The notes beneath the pieces were generated by a model, which did no database searches, was not told the origin of the DNA, and was given only the letters and a program-made list of their open reading frames with translations. A stretch of 64,000 nucleotides of DNA from an uncultured delta proteobacterium (GTDB taxonomy: Bacteria > Myxococcota_A > Polyangia > Polyangiales > JAFGIB01), in assembly GCA_963778655.1 (NCBI GenBank), contig CAVZVA010000010.1, forward strand, positions 608,001-672,000, given 5' to 3'. Made by a program: the position numbers and the translations under genes. Shown one piece after another: positions 54,668 to 64,000 of this stretch; position 1 is the stretch's first letter; each line of letters begins with the position of its first letter.

Positions 54668-56485
54668 ATGCTGCGCATCACGGGCCTCAGCGCGCTGCTT
54701 TCCGTGCTCGTGGCGCTGAGCACCCGCAGCGCGGCCGCGCAGCCGAGCGCCGCTGCACCCGCCGCACCCGTCGAACCGGCGCGCGCGCCCGACGCGGCCC
54801 AAGCGCCCCCCGCCCCGCCCGAGCCGAGCCCGCCCCCACCGGCCGCGCGCACCTCCGCGAGCGTGCCGCCGCCGACCGCCGGCACCGCACCGGCTGAGCC
54901 GGCACCCGCCCCAGCGGCGTCCCCCGCGGCCGAGGCCACCGCGCCTGCGCCCGCCGCGGCCGCGACCCTCGCACCCGCCGCGCCAGCACCCGCCGTGGCC
55001 GAGCCTGCAGCCGGCACATCCGCCGCCGCGCTCCCGGCGGCGGCCGCGGCCGCTTCCAGCAAAGCCGCCAGCAATCGCATCGTCTACGTGCTCGAGCGCA
55101 TCGTGGTCGAAGGCAACACCACGCGGGCGTCGGTGATCCGCCGTTTCGTGCCTCTGCATCCGGGCGACCCGCTCGACGTCGACGACCCCGCGATCGAGCA
55201 GATCCGCTTCCGCCTGATGGGCACCGGCTGGTTCGACGAGGTTCACCTGCGACTGCAGCGCGGCAGCCGGCATGGCCACGTCGTGCTCGTCGTGCAGGTG
55301 GTGGAGCGCAACACGCTGGTCATCTCGCGCGTGGTCGCGGGCCTGTCCAGAGTGGTCAAGCGCAGCACCAGCAGCAAGGACACGCTGCAGCCCTATGCCG
55401 GCCTCGGCCTGACCGAGAGCAACTTGCTCGGGCTCGGCATCGGGGTCGGCGCCAGCGCGGTGGTGAGCAACTCCCAGTTCGGCTTCGACCTGCGCTATCA
55501 CGACTCCATGCTGTTCGGGTCGAGCTTCGATCTGAGCGGCCGCGCGTTCTACAACCACGCGCGCGAGTACTTCGGCCGCCACCCGCTGGTGACCATCGAC
55601 TGCCCCGTCCCCGACCCGGTCAATCCCCAGCCGTGCGATCCGGACGTGCTCGCCAAGCGAGCGGTGGTGATCTACAACCGCGGCGGCTTCGGCTTCGGAA
55701 CCGGTCACGACATCACCAGCGCGCTGCGCTACGAGGTCGACTGGCTCGGCGAGCTCGTGGACGTCTCGGCCAAACCGCAAGCGGCCCGCAGCTTGTACGG
55801 CGCGCAGAACCAAGAGCATGTGCCGATCGACTTCCACATCGACGACGGCGTGAGCCGCGTCTCGAGCCTGCACCTGGGCCTGATCCTCGACCGTCGCGAC
55901 GATCCCGCGCTGCCATCGCAGGGACAGCTGCTGCGGCTCGACGCGCGCATCGGCTCCGGCCTGATCGGCAGCACCTACGACTTCGCTCGGCTCGAGGCCA
56001 GCTTCCGGCACTACCAACCCCTGCCCTGGCACCACGTCATCAGCCTGGGTGCGTACCTGGGCACGGTCTTCGGGCGGGCGCCGTTCTTCTATCTGTTCTA
56101 CGCCGCCGACCTTAGCGACCTGTTGCCCTCGCGCGCGCTCGAGCTCAACCTCGACAACCGCCGCACCCACAACCTGCTCGACACCAGCATCCGCGAGTTC
56201 GACAAGGAAGACCTCGCGTCGCGGCTCGACTTCGAATACGACCTGCCATTGCACCGCGGCAGCGGTGACATTCGCGCGGTGCACGCGTATGCCGGCGCCG
56301 GCGTGTTCCTGCTGGCGGACCGCAGCTCGCTGCGGCTCGGGATCCCCGGCTACAGCGGGCTCTCGCGCATCCCCGTGGACCTCACCTTCGACCTCGGGGT
56401 GCAGGCCGATACGGTGATCGGCGTGTTCAAGGTCGGCTTCTCCAGCTTGATCGGCTTCCTCCCCGATCTCGGACCGGGCCAGTGA
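54668..56485 (+). CDS. Omp85 (BamA/TamA-like) outer membrane protein with single POTRA and Pro/Ala-rich N-terminus
   Basis: Signal peptide, IVVEGNTTR..GWFDEV..VVERN POTRA, ESNLLGLG, DRRDDPALPSQG, amphipathic strands. Confidence 0.75.
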   Translation: MLRITGLSALLSVLVALSTRSAAAQPSAAAPAAPVEPARAPDAAQAPPAPPEPSPPPPAARTSASVPPPTAGTAPAEPAPAPAASPAAEATAPAPAAAATLAPAAPAPAVAEPAAGTSAAALPAAAAAASSKAASNRIVYVLERIVVEGNTTRASVIRRFVPLHPGDPLDVDDPAIEQIRFRLMGTGWFDEVHLRLQRGSRHGHVVLVVQVVERNTLVISRVVAGLSRVVKRSTSSKDTLQPYAGLGLTESNLLGLGIGVGASAVVSNSQFGFDLRYHDSMLFGSSFDLSGRAFYNHAREYFGRHPLVTIDCPVPDPVNPQPCDPDVLAKRAVVIYNRGGFGFGTGHDITSALRYEVDWLGELVDVSAKPQAARSLYGAQNQEHVPIDFHIDDGVSRVSSLHLGLILDRRDDPALPSQGQLLRLDARIGSGLIGSTYDFARLEASFRHYQPLPWHHVISLGAYLGTVFGRAPFFYLFYAADLSDLLPSRALELNLDNRRTHNLLDTSIREFDKEDLASRLDFEYDLPLHRGSGDIRAVHAYAGAGVFLLADRSSLRLGIPGYSGLSRIPVDLTFDLGVQADTVIGVFKVGFSSLIGFLPDLGPGQ

Positions 56486-57126
56486 TCCACGCGCTGCGTC
56501 GCCTGGCCCTGCTGTTCGCGCTGCTGCTGGCCGCCCAGGCCGTGCGCGCGGACCCACCGGTGGCGCTGCGCGCGATGCGCGTCCGCTGGTCCGGCCAGGT
56601 TCCGCACGTGAGCTTCGAAACCGCCGACTTCGTCGACGCCAACGTGGCCGACAAGCTCGGCAGCGGGTTGCCGCAACGCATCGTCACCCGTGTCTACGCC
56701 TATCCGGAGCGGGGCGAGCAGCCGATCACCGTATCCGTGCTCTCCTGCCGCGTGGTCTACGACCTGTGGGAGGGCGTCTACCGTGTCCAGGCCCAGAGCG
56801 ACACCAGCGATCGCGCCCTGTCCGCCCCCGACTTGCCCGCAGTGGTCCGCAGCTGCCTGGACGTACGCGGACTGGCGCTCGGGGACGCCAAGACGTTCGA
56901 GCACCTGCGCGGCCGGCGCGTCTACTTCGCGGCGCTGATCGAGCTCAACCCGCTCTCGCCGGACACCGTGCAGCGCATCCGCCGCTGGCTCAGCAAGTCG
57001 GGCGGCGGCCAGCTGCGCGGGGATGCCTTCTTCGGTTCGTTCGTGAGCATCTTCGTGAGCCGGCGCATGGGCTCCGCCGAGCACAGCCTGGCCTTTCGCT
57101 CCCCGCTGTTCAGCGTCCCGCCATGA
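56482..57126 (+). CDS. DUF4390-like secreted protein
   Basis: Signal peptide, LGSGLP, VVYDLWEGVY; lies directly before an NtrY-like kinase. Confidence 0.6.
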   Translation: MIHALRRLALLFALLLAAQAVRADPPVALRAMRVRWSGQVPHVSFETADFVDANVADKLGSGLPQRIVTRVYAYPERGEQPITVSVLSCRVVYDLWEGVYRVQAQSDTSDRALSAPDLPAVVRSCLDVRGLALGDAKTFEHLRGRRVYFAALIELNPLSPDTVQRIRRWLSKSGGGQLRGDAFFGSFVSIFVSRRMGSAEHSLAFRSPLFSVPP

Positions 57127-58634
57127 GACTCAGTCGCTTCGAACGCAAGATTCTGCTCGCCATCGCAGCGGTCGCCTTCGTCCCGTTGCTGGGCGCGCTC
57201 TTGCTCGGCCAGCGCGCGTTGCGCGAGGCCTACGAGGTGGGCGTCAACCCGCGCGTACGCCGCGAGCTCGAGAAGGACCTCGAGCTCTATCGCGAGCACT
57301 TCGCGCTGCTCAAGGGCAGCGCCAATCAGCTCGCCGACGCGCTGGCCGCGGACTACACGCTGTGCACTGCGGTCGGGGCAGGCGACAGCGGGGCCGCGCG
57401 CGCCAGACTCGAGCAGCTGCTCTCGCGCTACCCGACGCTGGCGCGCGTGCGCTTGCTCTCGTCCCACGGCGACGAGCTGATCCACGTCGAGCGCGCGGAG
57501 CGGCTCGGGCCCACCCAGCGGCTGCTCCAGCTTCAACGCGCGCTTGCCGGTCCACCGAAGGGACCACAACTGCAGGTAACCGTGGCCGCGCCCAACGCGC
57601 CGTTCACGGCGTATCAGCGCGCCGGCGAGCTGGTCGAGGTGTTCTCGCGGCTGCAGAGCTCGACCGCGCTCGTCTCCAGCTTCTACCTGGTGGTGTACAT
57701 GGCCTTTCTGCTCAGCGTGATCGTGGCCGCGCTGGCGGTCGGCGTCACGCTCTCGCGACGGGTCACGCGGCGCGTGGCGCTGGTGGCCGAGGCCACGGAA
57801 CGGGTGGGCGCCGGCGACCTCGACGTGCAGGTCCCGAGCGAGGTCGACGACGAGATCGGCGACCTCACCAAGGCGTTCAACGCCATGGTGCAGGACCTGC
57901 GGGAATCGCGCGGCCGCATCGAGTATTTGCAGCGAATCAGCGCCTGGCAGGACTTCGCGCGGCGGCTGGCGCACGAGATCAAGAATCCGCTGACCCCGAT
58001 CCAGCTCGCGGTGCAGGAAGTGCACCGCAGCTACCGCGGCGACGACGCGGTCTATCGCACCCGGCTCGACGACGCGCTGGCGATCGTCGAAGAGGAGGTG
58101 GCCACGCTGCGCCGGCTGGTCGGCGAGTTCAGCGCCTTCGCCAAGCTGCCGCAGGCGAGCCTGGAGCCGGCCGACCTGGGCGAGCTGCTCCGCGAGATGG
58201 CGCGCCCGTTGCAGAGCCTGCCCGACGAGCTGCCGGGCGCGGCGGGGGTGCGCGTGGAGTGCGACGCCGGCTCGGCCGAGCTGCCGGTGCGAATCGACGC
58301 GATGATGCTGCGGCGCGCCATCGACAACTTGGTTCGCAACGCGGTTCAGGCGGTCGCCTCCGGCAGCGCGCCGGGCGGCGGGGTGGTGCGCGTGGTGGCG
58401 CGACGCGAGGATCGCGAGGCCGTGCTCGAGGTGCTGGACAGCGGGCCGGGCGTGCCCCCGGAGCTGCGCATGCGCGTGTTCGACCCGTACTACACCAACA
58501 AGAGCGACGGCACCGGGCTGGGCCTGGCGATCGTCAAGAAGGTGGTACTGGAGCATCAGGGCGAGATCGCCTGCACCGCCGGCACCCTGGGCGGAGCCGC
58601 GTTCATCATTCGCCTGCCGCTGCGGAGCTCGTAA
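57123..58634 (+). CDS. HAMP-domain sensor histidine kinase (NtrY-like)
   Basis: Two TM, HAMP DEIGDLTKAFNAM, AWQDFARRLAHEIKNPLTPIQL, DSGPG, GTGLGL. Confidence 0.9.
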   Translation: MRLSRFERKILLAIAAVAFVPLLGALLLGQRALREAYEVGVNPRVRRELEKDLELYREHFALLKGSANQLADALAADYTLCTAVGAGDSGAARARLEQLLSRYPTLARVRLLSSHGDELIHVERAERLGPTQRLLQLQRALAGPPKGPQLQVTVAAPNAPFTAYQRAGELVEVFSRLQSSTALVSSFYLVVYMAFLLSVIVAALAVGVTLSRRVTRRVALVAEATERVGAGDLDVQVPSEVDDEIGDLTKAFNAMVQDLRESRGRIEYLQRISAWQDFARRLAHEIKNPLTPIQLAVQEVHRSYRGDDAVYRTRLDDALAIVEEEVATLRRLVGEFSAFAKLPQASLEPADLGELLREMARPLQSLPDELPGAAGVRVECDAGSAELPVRIDAMMLRRAIDNLVRNAVQAVASGSAPGGGVVRVVARREDREAVLEVLDSGPGVPPELRMRVFDPYYTNKSDGTGLGLAIVKKVVLEHQGEIACTAGTLGGAAFIIRLPLRSS

Positions 58635-58701
58635 CGACGCCATACCCGGGCCCTGCGATGACCGCATAAACTCATTGAATTTCATCGTGTTAGATGGTAT
58701 T

Positions 58702-58731
58702 TTGACGACCCGGACGTAATCTTGCTAGCGT
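58702..58731 (+). promoter_or_regulatory. Possible sigma-70-type promoter of the Fic gene
   Basis: TTGACG-N18-TAGCGT with TGn extension and AT-rich upstream tract. Confidence 0.4.
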
Positions 58732-58775
58732 GCGAACCGCCCCCCTGAGCCGGCGGTCTTCCAAGGGAGCGCTGC

Positions 58776-59552
58776 TTGCTACGGGTCAAACCCGGAACCA
58801 TTGAAGAAAAAGTCCAGAGGCTACGGGAGCTCGAGGCCCAGGCCAGCCCGGAGCAGCTCGCCGAGTACAATTTCCACTTCGACATGTCGTGGATTCACCA
58901 CGACAACGCACTCGAAGGGGTGGTCTACGAGCCGAACGAGCTGATCACGGCGCTGCAGGAAGCTGCGCCGGGTGAAGGCGCCGTGGTGCCCGTCTACGAC
59001 GAGATCCGCCAGTACAAGGCTGCGATCACGTTGATACGGGACCTCGCGACCAAGAAGAAGCAGGAGATTACTCTCGATACTATCAAGGCGATCTACACGA
59101 CCCTCGCCCCGGAGGAGGCCGAGGGTAAAGGGCCACCCAAGTATCGCAAGGACGTGCCGCTGCACCGGGTCTACTTCCACGAGATCGCCCCGCCGGACAA
59201 GATCCCCCAGCGCATGAGGAATCTGCTGCACTGGCTGACCGCCGAGAGTACCAAGCGCACCACTCATCCCACGCGTATCGCCGGTCGCGCTCACTATCAA
59301 TTCTTACACATTTTCCCCTTCCCGAAGCACAGCGGAAAGGTTGCGCGGCTGTTGATGAACTTGATTCTGCTGCGGGAAGGGTATCCTCCTGCTATCCTCC
59401 ATGCTACCGACCGCCAGCGTTACTACGATGCGCTGAAGACCTCGTCGGATGCGGTGGCCGCGCTGATCAACGAAGCGCTGGACAACGCGGTGGACAGCGC
59501 CATCCGTTACTGGCACCGCGTGCTCGGCATCGTCGAGGACGAGACCGAATAG
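58776..59552 (+). CDS. Fic/Fido family protein with non-canonical active-site motif
   Basis: HDNALEG, YRK, HIFPFPKHSGKVARLLMN, GYPPAI, RYYDAL. Confidence 0.82.
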   Translation: MLRVKPGTIEEKVQRLRELEAQASPEQLAEYNFHFDMSWIHHDNALEGVVYEPNELITALQEAAPGEGAVVPVYDEIRQYKAAITLIRDLATKKKQEITLDTIKAIYTTLAPEEAEGKGPPKYRKDVPLHRVYFHEIAPPDKIPQRMRNLLHWLTAESTKRTTHPTRIAGRAHYQFLHIFPFPKHSGKVARLLMNLILLREGYPPAILHATDRQRYYDALKTSSDAVAALINEALDNAVDSAIRYWHRVLGIVEDETE

Positions 59553-59559
59553 CCAAGCG

Positions 59560-61509
59560 TCACTGCACGCCGGGCACGGGGGGAATCTTGAACTCGTCCC
59601 AGGCCGGCGTGAGGTTGCTGGTGCTCGGATCCTGGTTCCACAGGTACAGCGCCGGATAGGTGATCAGCGTCCCGGTCGCCTCATCGCGCACCACCGCGGT
59701 CACGTAGAGCTGCGAAGAGCGCCGGTCCTGTGGGCTGTACTGGGTCGCCGGCAGCTGGAACTGGCCTGGATAGGAGCGCGCCGACGAGAAGATCACCCAG
59801 TAGTACGTGCGCTTGCCGAACTCTGCGTTGCCGCTCATCGTCACGCGCGCGACCTGAGGCGACCACTTGGGCCAGCTGTTGATCAGGCCCGGGCTGGTGT
59901 CGCCGCTGCAGGCGGGCGGATCGTTGGCCGCCAGGCGAACCGCTTTGCCCCCGTCGGATGGAATCACGTAGATCTCGCCATCAGGACGATAGTAGAGCGG
60001 GCCGCCGTCGGGGTGATCGACGCGCGTGAAAGCGACCAGGCTGTCGTCGGCCGAGAACGCCGGGTAATACTCCGCGATGCCCGGCTCCGCTGCGCCCTGC
60101 AGATCCTGCACCGCGCCGCCCTGGCGGTCGTTATAGGGCACGATGTGCAGGTCGGCTTCGTGGCCCGCGGAGAGCCTGCCGTCCTGGGTGGCTTCGGCGG
60201 AGGTGTAGACGATGCGCGTGCCGTCGTGGCTGAAGCTCGGCGTGGCCGCCGAGCGCATTTCGCCCTGCAACTGTAGCAGACCGAACGCGCGGCCTTCCTG
60301 CGCCTGGATCTCTTGGTTGAGCTGCTGCTGCACGTCACCCTTGGTCTGATCGGTGCTGAAGGTGGCCTGCGTCTCCAGGTCGATCCAGGCCAGCACGTCA
60401 CCGTGACTCGGATAGGGCGGCGAATCCGAGAAGCCCACTCCGCCCTGTCCTTGGTTGCGCGGCGAATAGGATGTGACGACCACGCGATCGCCGGGTTGAA
60501 AGTGCGCAGCCGAGAACGTCTGCATGCCTAGCCATGGCTGGTTGAGCAGGCGCTCGGCGCCCGGCGTCAGGTAGTCGGGCGCGCTGCCCACGCTCGAAGC
60601 CTCGACCGAGGCCAGCACGCCGTTCCAGGGCCAGTGGTCGGTGAACGCGACCGCGGCGCCATCCGGGGTCGAGACGTGGCAGCCGATGCACTCGACGTGG
60701 CCCGCCGGCACCCCGTGCGGATCGTCGTAGGTGCCACGCAGGTCGCGGCCGCCCTCGGCCAACACGCCGCGATCGCCCACCTCCGGCACGGTGAGCGCGT
60801 CGATCACGCCTTCGTCGCCCACGTCGAAGCCCACCAGCTTGCTGGTGTCGGGGGCGACCTCCGACGAGGTGGTGGCCCAGTAGACCATCTTGCCGCGCGC
60901 CTCCACCGGCGCGATCCCGAATGTGCCGCGCGTGCCCGACGGGCGCTTGGGCGATGCGGCGTCGAGGCCGCGGATGGTCACGGTGATGTCCGCGCCCGCG
61001 CCGTGGCGCGCGAGCGCCAGCCAGATGTCTCGCGGCAGCGTCCAGGTGGTGTCCGTGGTGTATGCCACCAGGTCGTTGGCCTGCCCTAGCGCCGACAGCC
61101 GGATCTCCCACAGGTTCTCGCCGGTCAGCGCCAGGAAACGAAAGCGCGGGCGCAGCCAGTTCTTCGGCAGCAGCGCCCCGGGCAGCTTGTCGGTCGAGAG
61201 CTGCGGCTCGAGCACGCACGCGCCCGGCGTGTCGAAGTCGTCGGGGCCGCCGAACAGCTCCGGCGCGTTGGTCGGCGCGCCCGCCTCGAAGATCGGCGCT
61301 GCGGGAAAGTCCTGACACGGCCCGTTGCAGCCCTCCGGCATCGTGCCGTTCGCCGCCTGCGGCTGTGTGGCGCCGTTGGGAATCAGCGGGCCGTTGCTCC
61401 CGCTGCCGGCGGAGCCACCCGAGTCGTCCCTCGAGCTTCCCGCCGCGCCCGCCGCGCAGCCGCTGGCGAGTAGCAACGCCACCGCCCCGATTCGCAGTCG
61501 AATGGACAC
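59560..61509 (-). CDS. TolB/PD40-like beta-propeller lipoprotein with CxxCH motif
   Basis: AAGGAG RBS + GTG, LASGC lipobox, CIGCH, PSFSHDG, YPAFSAD, WPKWSP, FSSAR. Confidence 0.72.
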   Translation of the reverse strand: MSIRLRIGAVALLLASGCAAGAAGSSRDDSGGSAGSGSNGPLIPNGATQPQAANGTMPEGCNGPCQDFPAAPIFEAGAPTNAPELFGGPDDFDTPGACVLEPQLSTDKLPGALLPKNWLRPRFRFLALTGENLWEIRLSALGQANDLVAYTTDTTWTLPRDIWLALARHGAGADITVTIRGLDAASPKRPSGTRGTFGIAPVEARGKMVYWATTSSEVAPDTSKLVGFDVGDEGVIDALTVPEVGDRGVLAEGGRDLRGTYDDPHGVPAGHVECIGCHVSTPDGAAVAFTDHWPWNGVLASVEASSVGSAPDYLTPGAERLLNQPWLGMQTFSAAHFQPGDRVVVTSYSPRNQGQGGVGFSDSPPYPSHGDVLAWIDLETQATFSTDQTKGDVQQQLNQEIQAQEGRAFGLLQLQGEMRSAATPSFSHDGTRIVYTSAEATQDGRLSAGHEADLHIVPYNDRQGGAVQDLQGAAEPGIAEYYPAFSADDSLVAFTRVDHPDGGPLYYRPDGEIYVIPSDGGKAVRLAANDPPACSGDTSPGLINSWPKWSPQVARVTMSGNAEFGKRTYYWVIFSSARSYPGQFQLPATQYSPQDRRSSQLYVTAVVRDEATGTLITYPALYLWNQDPSTSNLTPAWDEFKIPPVPGVQ

Positions 61510-61778
61510 GTGGCCTGTGCTCCTTCCGCAGGGAGCAGTAGGGGGTGCGCCGCGGATCGGGTCACGGCGGGGCTCGCGCGCGCCTCGAGGCAAGCTGCGC
61601 GTAGCCCCGCGGATCGCGCGCCTGGTGCCGGGACGCCAGTGCGCGCGCCCTGGCCCGCCCCACGCCCCGACCGCCTGTGCGTTTTCACACACCCGCCGGA
61701 AGATGGGGCCCTGAACCCGGCCCCGGCCGGCCGGTCCGGACCGTCGATCGCAATAACCATTGGTGCGACCATCGTCTT

Positions 61779-64000
61779 GTGAGTCAAGCGCCGGCCAGGG
61801 TCGAGGTCGCAGCGCGTATCGCTCAGCTCGAAGCCGAGCTCGCGTCCGCCCGCGCCAAGCTCGCGCAGAGCGAGCAGCGACGCGCGCAGGCAACGCAACC
61901 CGCGCCGGCCGCGCCGCGGCGGTTGGCGATGAGCGAGCTGCTGCTGCGGCAAGCCGAGCACATCGCAGGACTGGGCGTGTGGTCCTGGGACCCCGCAAGC
62001 GACCAGGTGCAGTGGTCCGACGGGATGTACGCGCTGTTCGGGGTGCCGCTGCACGTCACGCCCACGGCCGAGCTCTACTTCTCGAGCATCCACCCCGATG
62101 ACCGCGAGCGCGTGCGGCGCGGCGCGACGATCACGCTCGGGAGCGACAAGCCGGCCAACGCGGACTACCGGCTGCTGCGGGCCGACGGCAGCGTGCGTCA
62201 CGTCACGATGCGGGTGGAGCCGATGCGCAGCCCCGACGGACCGGTGGTCGCGTTCATCGGCACCGTGCTCGACATCTCCGAACGCGTGCAGACGGAGCTC
62301 GCGCTGCGCGAGAGCGAGGCGCGCTGGCGCTCGATCGCGATCAACCCGTTCCATTTCGTGTCGATCGTCGATCGCCAGGGCGTGTTCCAGTGGGTCAACT
62401 ACGCCACTCCGCCGCTGCACGAGAAGGATCTCGTGGGCAAGGCGAGCGTGTTCGACTTCCTGCGCGCCGAGGACCACGCGGCCGCGCGTGCGGCCCTCGC
62501 CCGCGCCTTCGAACAGCAGGCTCCCGCGTACTACGACGCGTACTCGCCGTTCTTCGAGCGCTGGTACTCGACCGCCGTCGGACCGCTGGTGCGCGACGGC
62601 ACGGTGGTCGCGGCCTCCACTCACTCGCGTGACATCACCGATGCCAAGCGGGCGGAGGTCGAGCTGCGAAAGCGCGAGCGCATGCTGGCCGAGGCGCAGC
62701 GCATCGCCGGGGTCGGCAGCTGGGTCTGGGACAAGGCCAGCGGCAAGCTGCAGTGGTCCGACGAGATGTATCGCATCTGCGGCGTGGCACCCGAGGTGGA
62801 GCCGACCGACGCGCTGTACTACTCGCTCGTGCATCCAGACGATCGCGAGCGAGCGCGCGCGGCGGCGGCTCGTGCCCTCCAGACGCGAGTCTCAAACGCT
62901 CGGGAGCACCGGATCCTGCGTGCTTCCGATCAGAGCGTGCGCCACGTTCTGGTCGCCAGCGAGGTCACCACCGGCGACGATGGCGAGATCACCGGCTCTC
63001 TAGGCACCACGCTGGACGTGACCGAGCGCCGCACGCTGGAAGCCCAGCTCCTGCACAGCATGAAGCTCGAGGCCGTGGGCAGACTGGCCGGCGGCGTCGC
63101 CCACGACTTCAACAACGTGCTCACGGTGATCATGGGCAACGTGTCCGTGGTCGAGAGGGCATTGGGCGAACGCTCGGAGAGCCGCGAGCACCTGCAGGAG
63201 ATCCGCGCGGCCGCGCAGCGCGCCTCCGGGCTCACGCGCCAGCTGTTGGCCTTCGCCCGCAAGCAGATCATCGCGCCCGAGGCGCTCAGTCCCAACGCGA
63301 TCATCGAGAATCTGGTGCGCCTGCTCCGACCCGTGCTCGGGGAGGACATCCAGCTGAGCTTGCAGCTGGCCGGCGACGTCTGGCCGGTGCTGATCGATCG
63401 GGGACAGTTCGAGCAGCTGCTGCTGAACCTGGCGGTAAACGCGCGCGACGCGATGCCGCGCGGCGGCGCGCTTTCGATCGAGACCCGCAACGCGCAGGCG
63501 CATGAGCGCAGGCTGCACCCCGAGCTCGAGCCGGGCTCCTACGTCTGCGTGCAGGTCCGCGACACCGGCCACGGCATCCCCAGGGAGCTCCTGCAACAGG
63601 TGTTCGAGCCGTTCTTCACCACCAAAGGCGCGGGCCAGGGCACGGGTCTAGGGCTGGCGCAATGCCACGGAATCGTGAAGCAGCACGGCGGCCACATCTG
63701 GGTGACGAGCGAGCCGGGCGCCGGGGCCACCTTCACTATTCATCTGCCCCGAGCGCAGAGCGCGCCCAAGCCGGCCCTGGCGAGCAGCGAGCCGCCCGCC
63801 CGCCGCCACGGCTCGGAGACCGTGCTGCTGGTCGAGGACGAGGCGATGGTGCGCAAGCTGTGCGTCGACGCGCTGGGCGAGCTCGGCTATCAGGTGTTGC
63901 CGGCCGGCAGCGCCGCGGAGGCGCTGCGCGTCGCGGCCGACCACAGCGGCCCGATCGACTTGCTGCTGACCGACCTGGTGCTGCCCGACCAGCGCGGCAA
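61779..64000 (+). CDS. Multi-PAS hybrid histidine kinase/response regulator, 3'-truncated by window
   Basis: Read by hand (absent from ORF track): GVWSWD..HPDDR PAS repeats, GRLAGGVAHDFNN, NLAVNARDAM, DTGHG, GTGLGL, LLVEDE receiver. Confidence 0.9.
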   Translation, partial: MSQAPARVEVAARIAQLEAELASARAKLAQSEQRRAQATQPAPAAPRRLAMSELLLRQAEHIAGLGVWSWDPASDQVQWSDGMYALFGVPLHVTPTAELYFSSIHPDDRERVRRGATITLGSDKPANADYRLLRADGSVRHVTMRVEPMRSPDGPVVAFIGTVLDISERVQTELALRESEARWRSIAINPFHFVSIVDRQGVFQWVNYATPPLHEKDLVGKASVFDFLRAEDHAAARAALARAFEQQAPAYYDAYSPFFERWYSTAVGPLVRDGTVVAASTHSRDITDAKRAEVELRKRERMLAEAQRIAGVGSWVWDKASGKLQWSDEMYRICGVAPEVEPTDALYYSLVHPDDRERARAAAARALQTRVSNAREHRILRASDQSVRHVLVASEVTTGDDGEITGSLGTTLDVTERRTLEAQLLHSMKLEAVGRLAGGVAHDFNNVLTVIMGNVSVVERALGERSESREHLQEIRAAAQRASGLTRQLLAFARKQIIAPEALSPNAIIENLVRLLRPVLGEDIQLSLQLAGDVWPVLIDRGQFEQLLLNLAVNARDAMPRGGALSIETRNAQAHERRLHPELEPGSYVCVQVRDTGHGIPRELLQQVFEPFFTTKGAGQGTGLGLAQCHGIVKQHGGHIWVTSEPGAGATFTIHLPRAQSAPKPALASSEPPARRHGSETVLLVEDEAMVRKLCVDALGELGYQVLPAGSAAEALRVAADHSGPIDLLLTDLVLPDQRG

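Noticed and set aside
54730..55070. Repetitive CCG/GCC-rich tract
   Set aside because: Encodes the Pro/Ala linker of the Omp85 protein; no fixed repeat unit or spacers, so not a CRISPR or tandem array
58659..58695. dif-like arms TGACCGCATAA and TCGTGTTAGAT
   Set aside because: Arms are 15 bp apart instead of the 6 bp required in dif; more likely an AT-rich promoter-upstream tract
61567..61610. Nested GC hairpin in the divergent intergenic region
   Set aside because: Such stems arise easily at this GC content; no recognisable riboswitch or ncRNA motif

Overview
GC-rich, gene-dense bacterial chromosome segment with a myxobacterial character (inference from the Cys-rich lipoproteins, DUF2330 protein with a MYXO-CTERM-like tail, large Ser/Thr kinase and sigma-54 regulation). 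Main blocks: (i) SDR, LLM monooxygenase, copper type II monooxygenase-like lipoprotein, CAP and DUF2330 proteins; (ii) GH15 glycosidase coupled to NhaA, converging on a 15.5 kb minus-strand run of czcCBA-type RND pump, histidine kinase, sigma-54 activator and a complete N-ATPase (atpDCQRBEFAG), headed by a sigma-54 promoter with two palindromic candidate enhancer boxes; (iii) a divergent transglutaminase / circularly permuted ATP-grasp / alpha-E / DUF2126 cluster followed by an orphan AblB-like acetyltransferase and an amidohydrolase; (iv) tesB, a kinase-ATPase, serC, tandem VWA lipoproteins, tRNA-Ala(CGC), glutaryl-CoA dehydrogenase and a signal-less HiPIP-like protein; (v) bioD-bioF and a DnaJ/CbpA gene flanking two parS sites, where G/C skew sharply inverts; (vi) cdsA, glutamate dehydrogenase, an Omp85-DUF4390-NtrY-like operon, a catalytically altered Fic protein, a CxxCH propeller lipoprotein and a PAS hybrid kinase running off the window. 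No CRISPR array, rRNA, integrase or transposase was recognised. All family calls come from motif recognition by eye, not from database searches.
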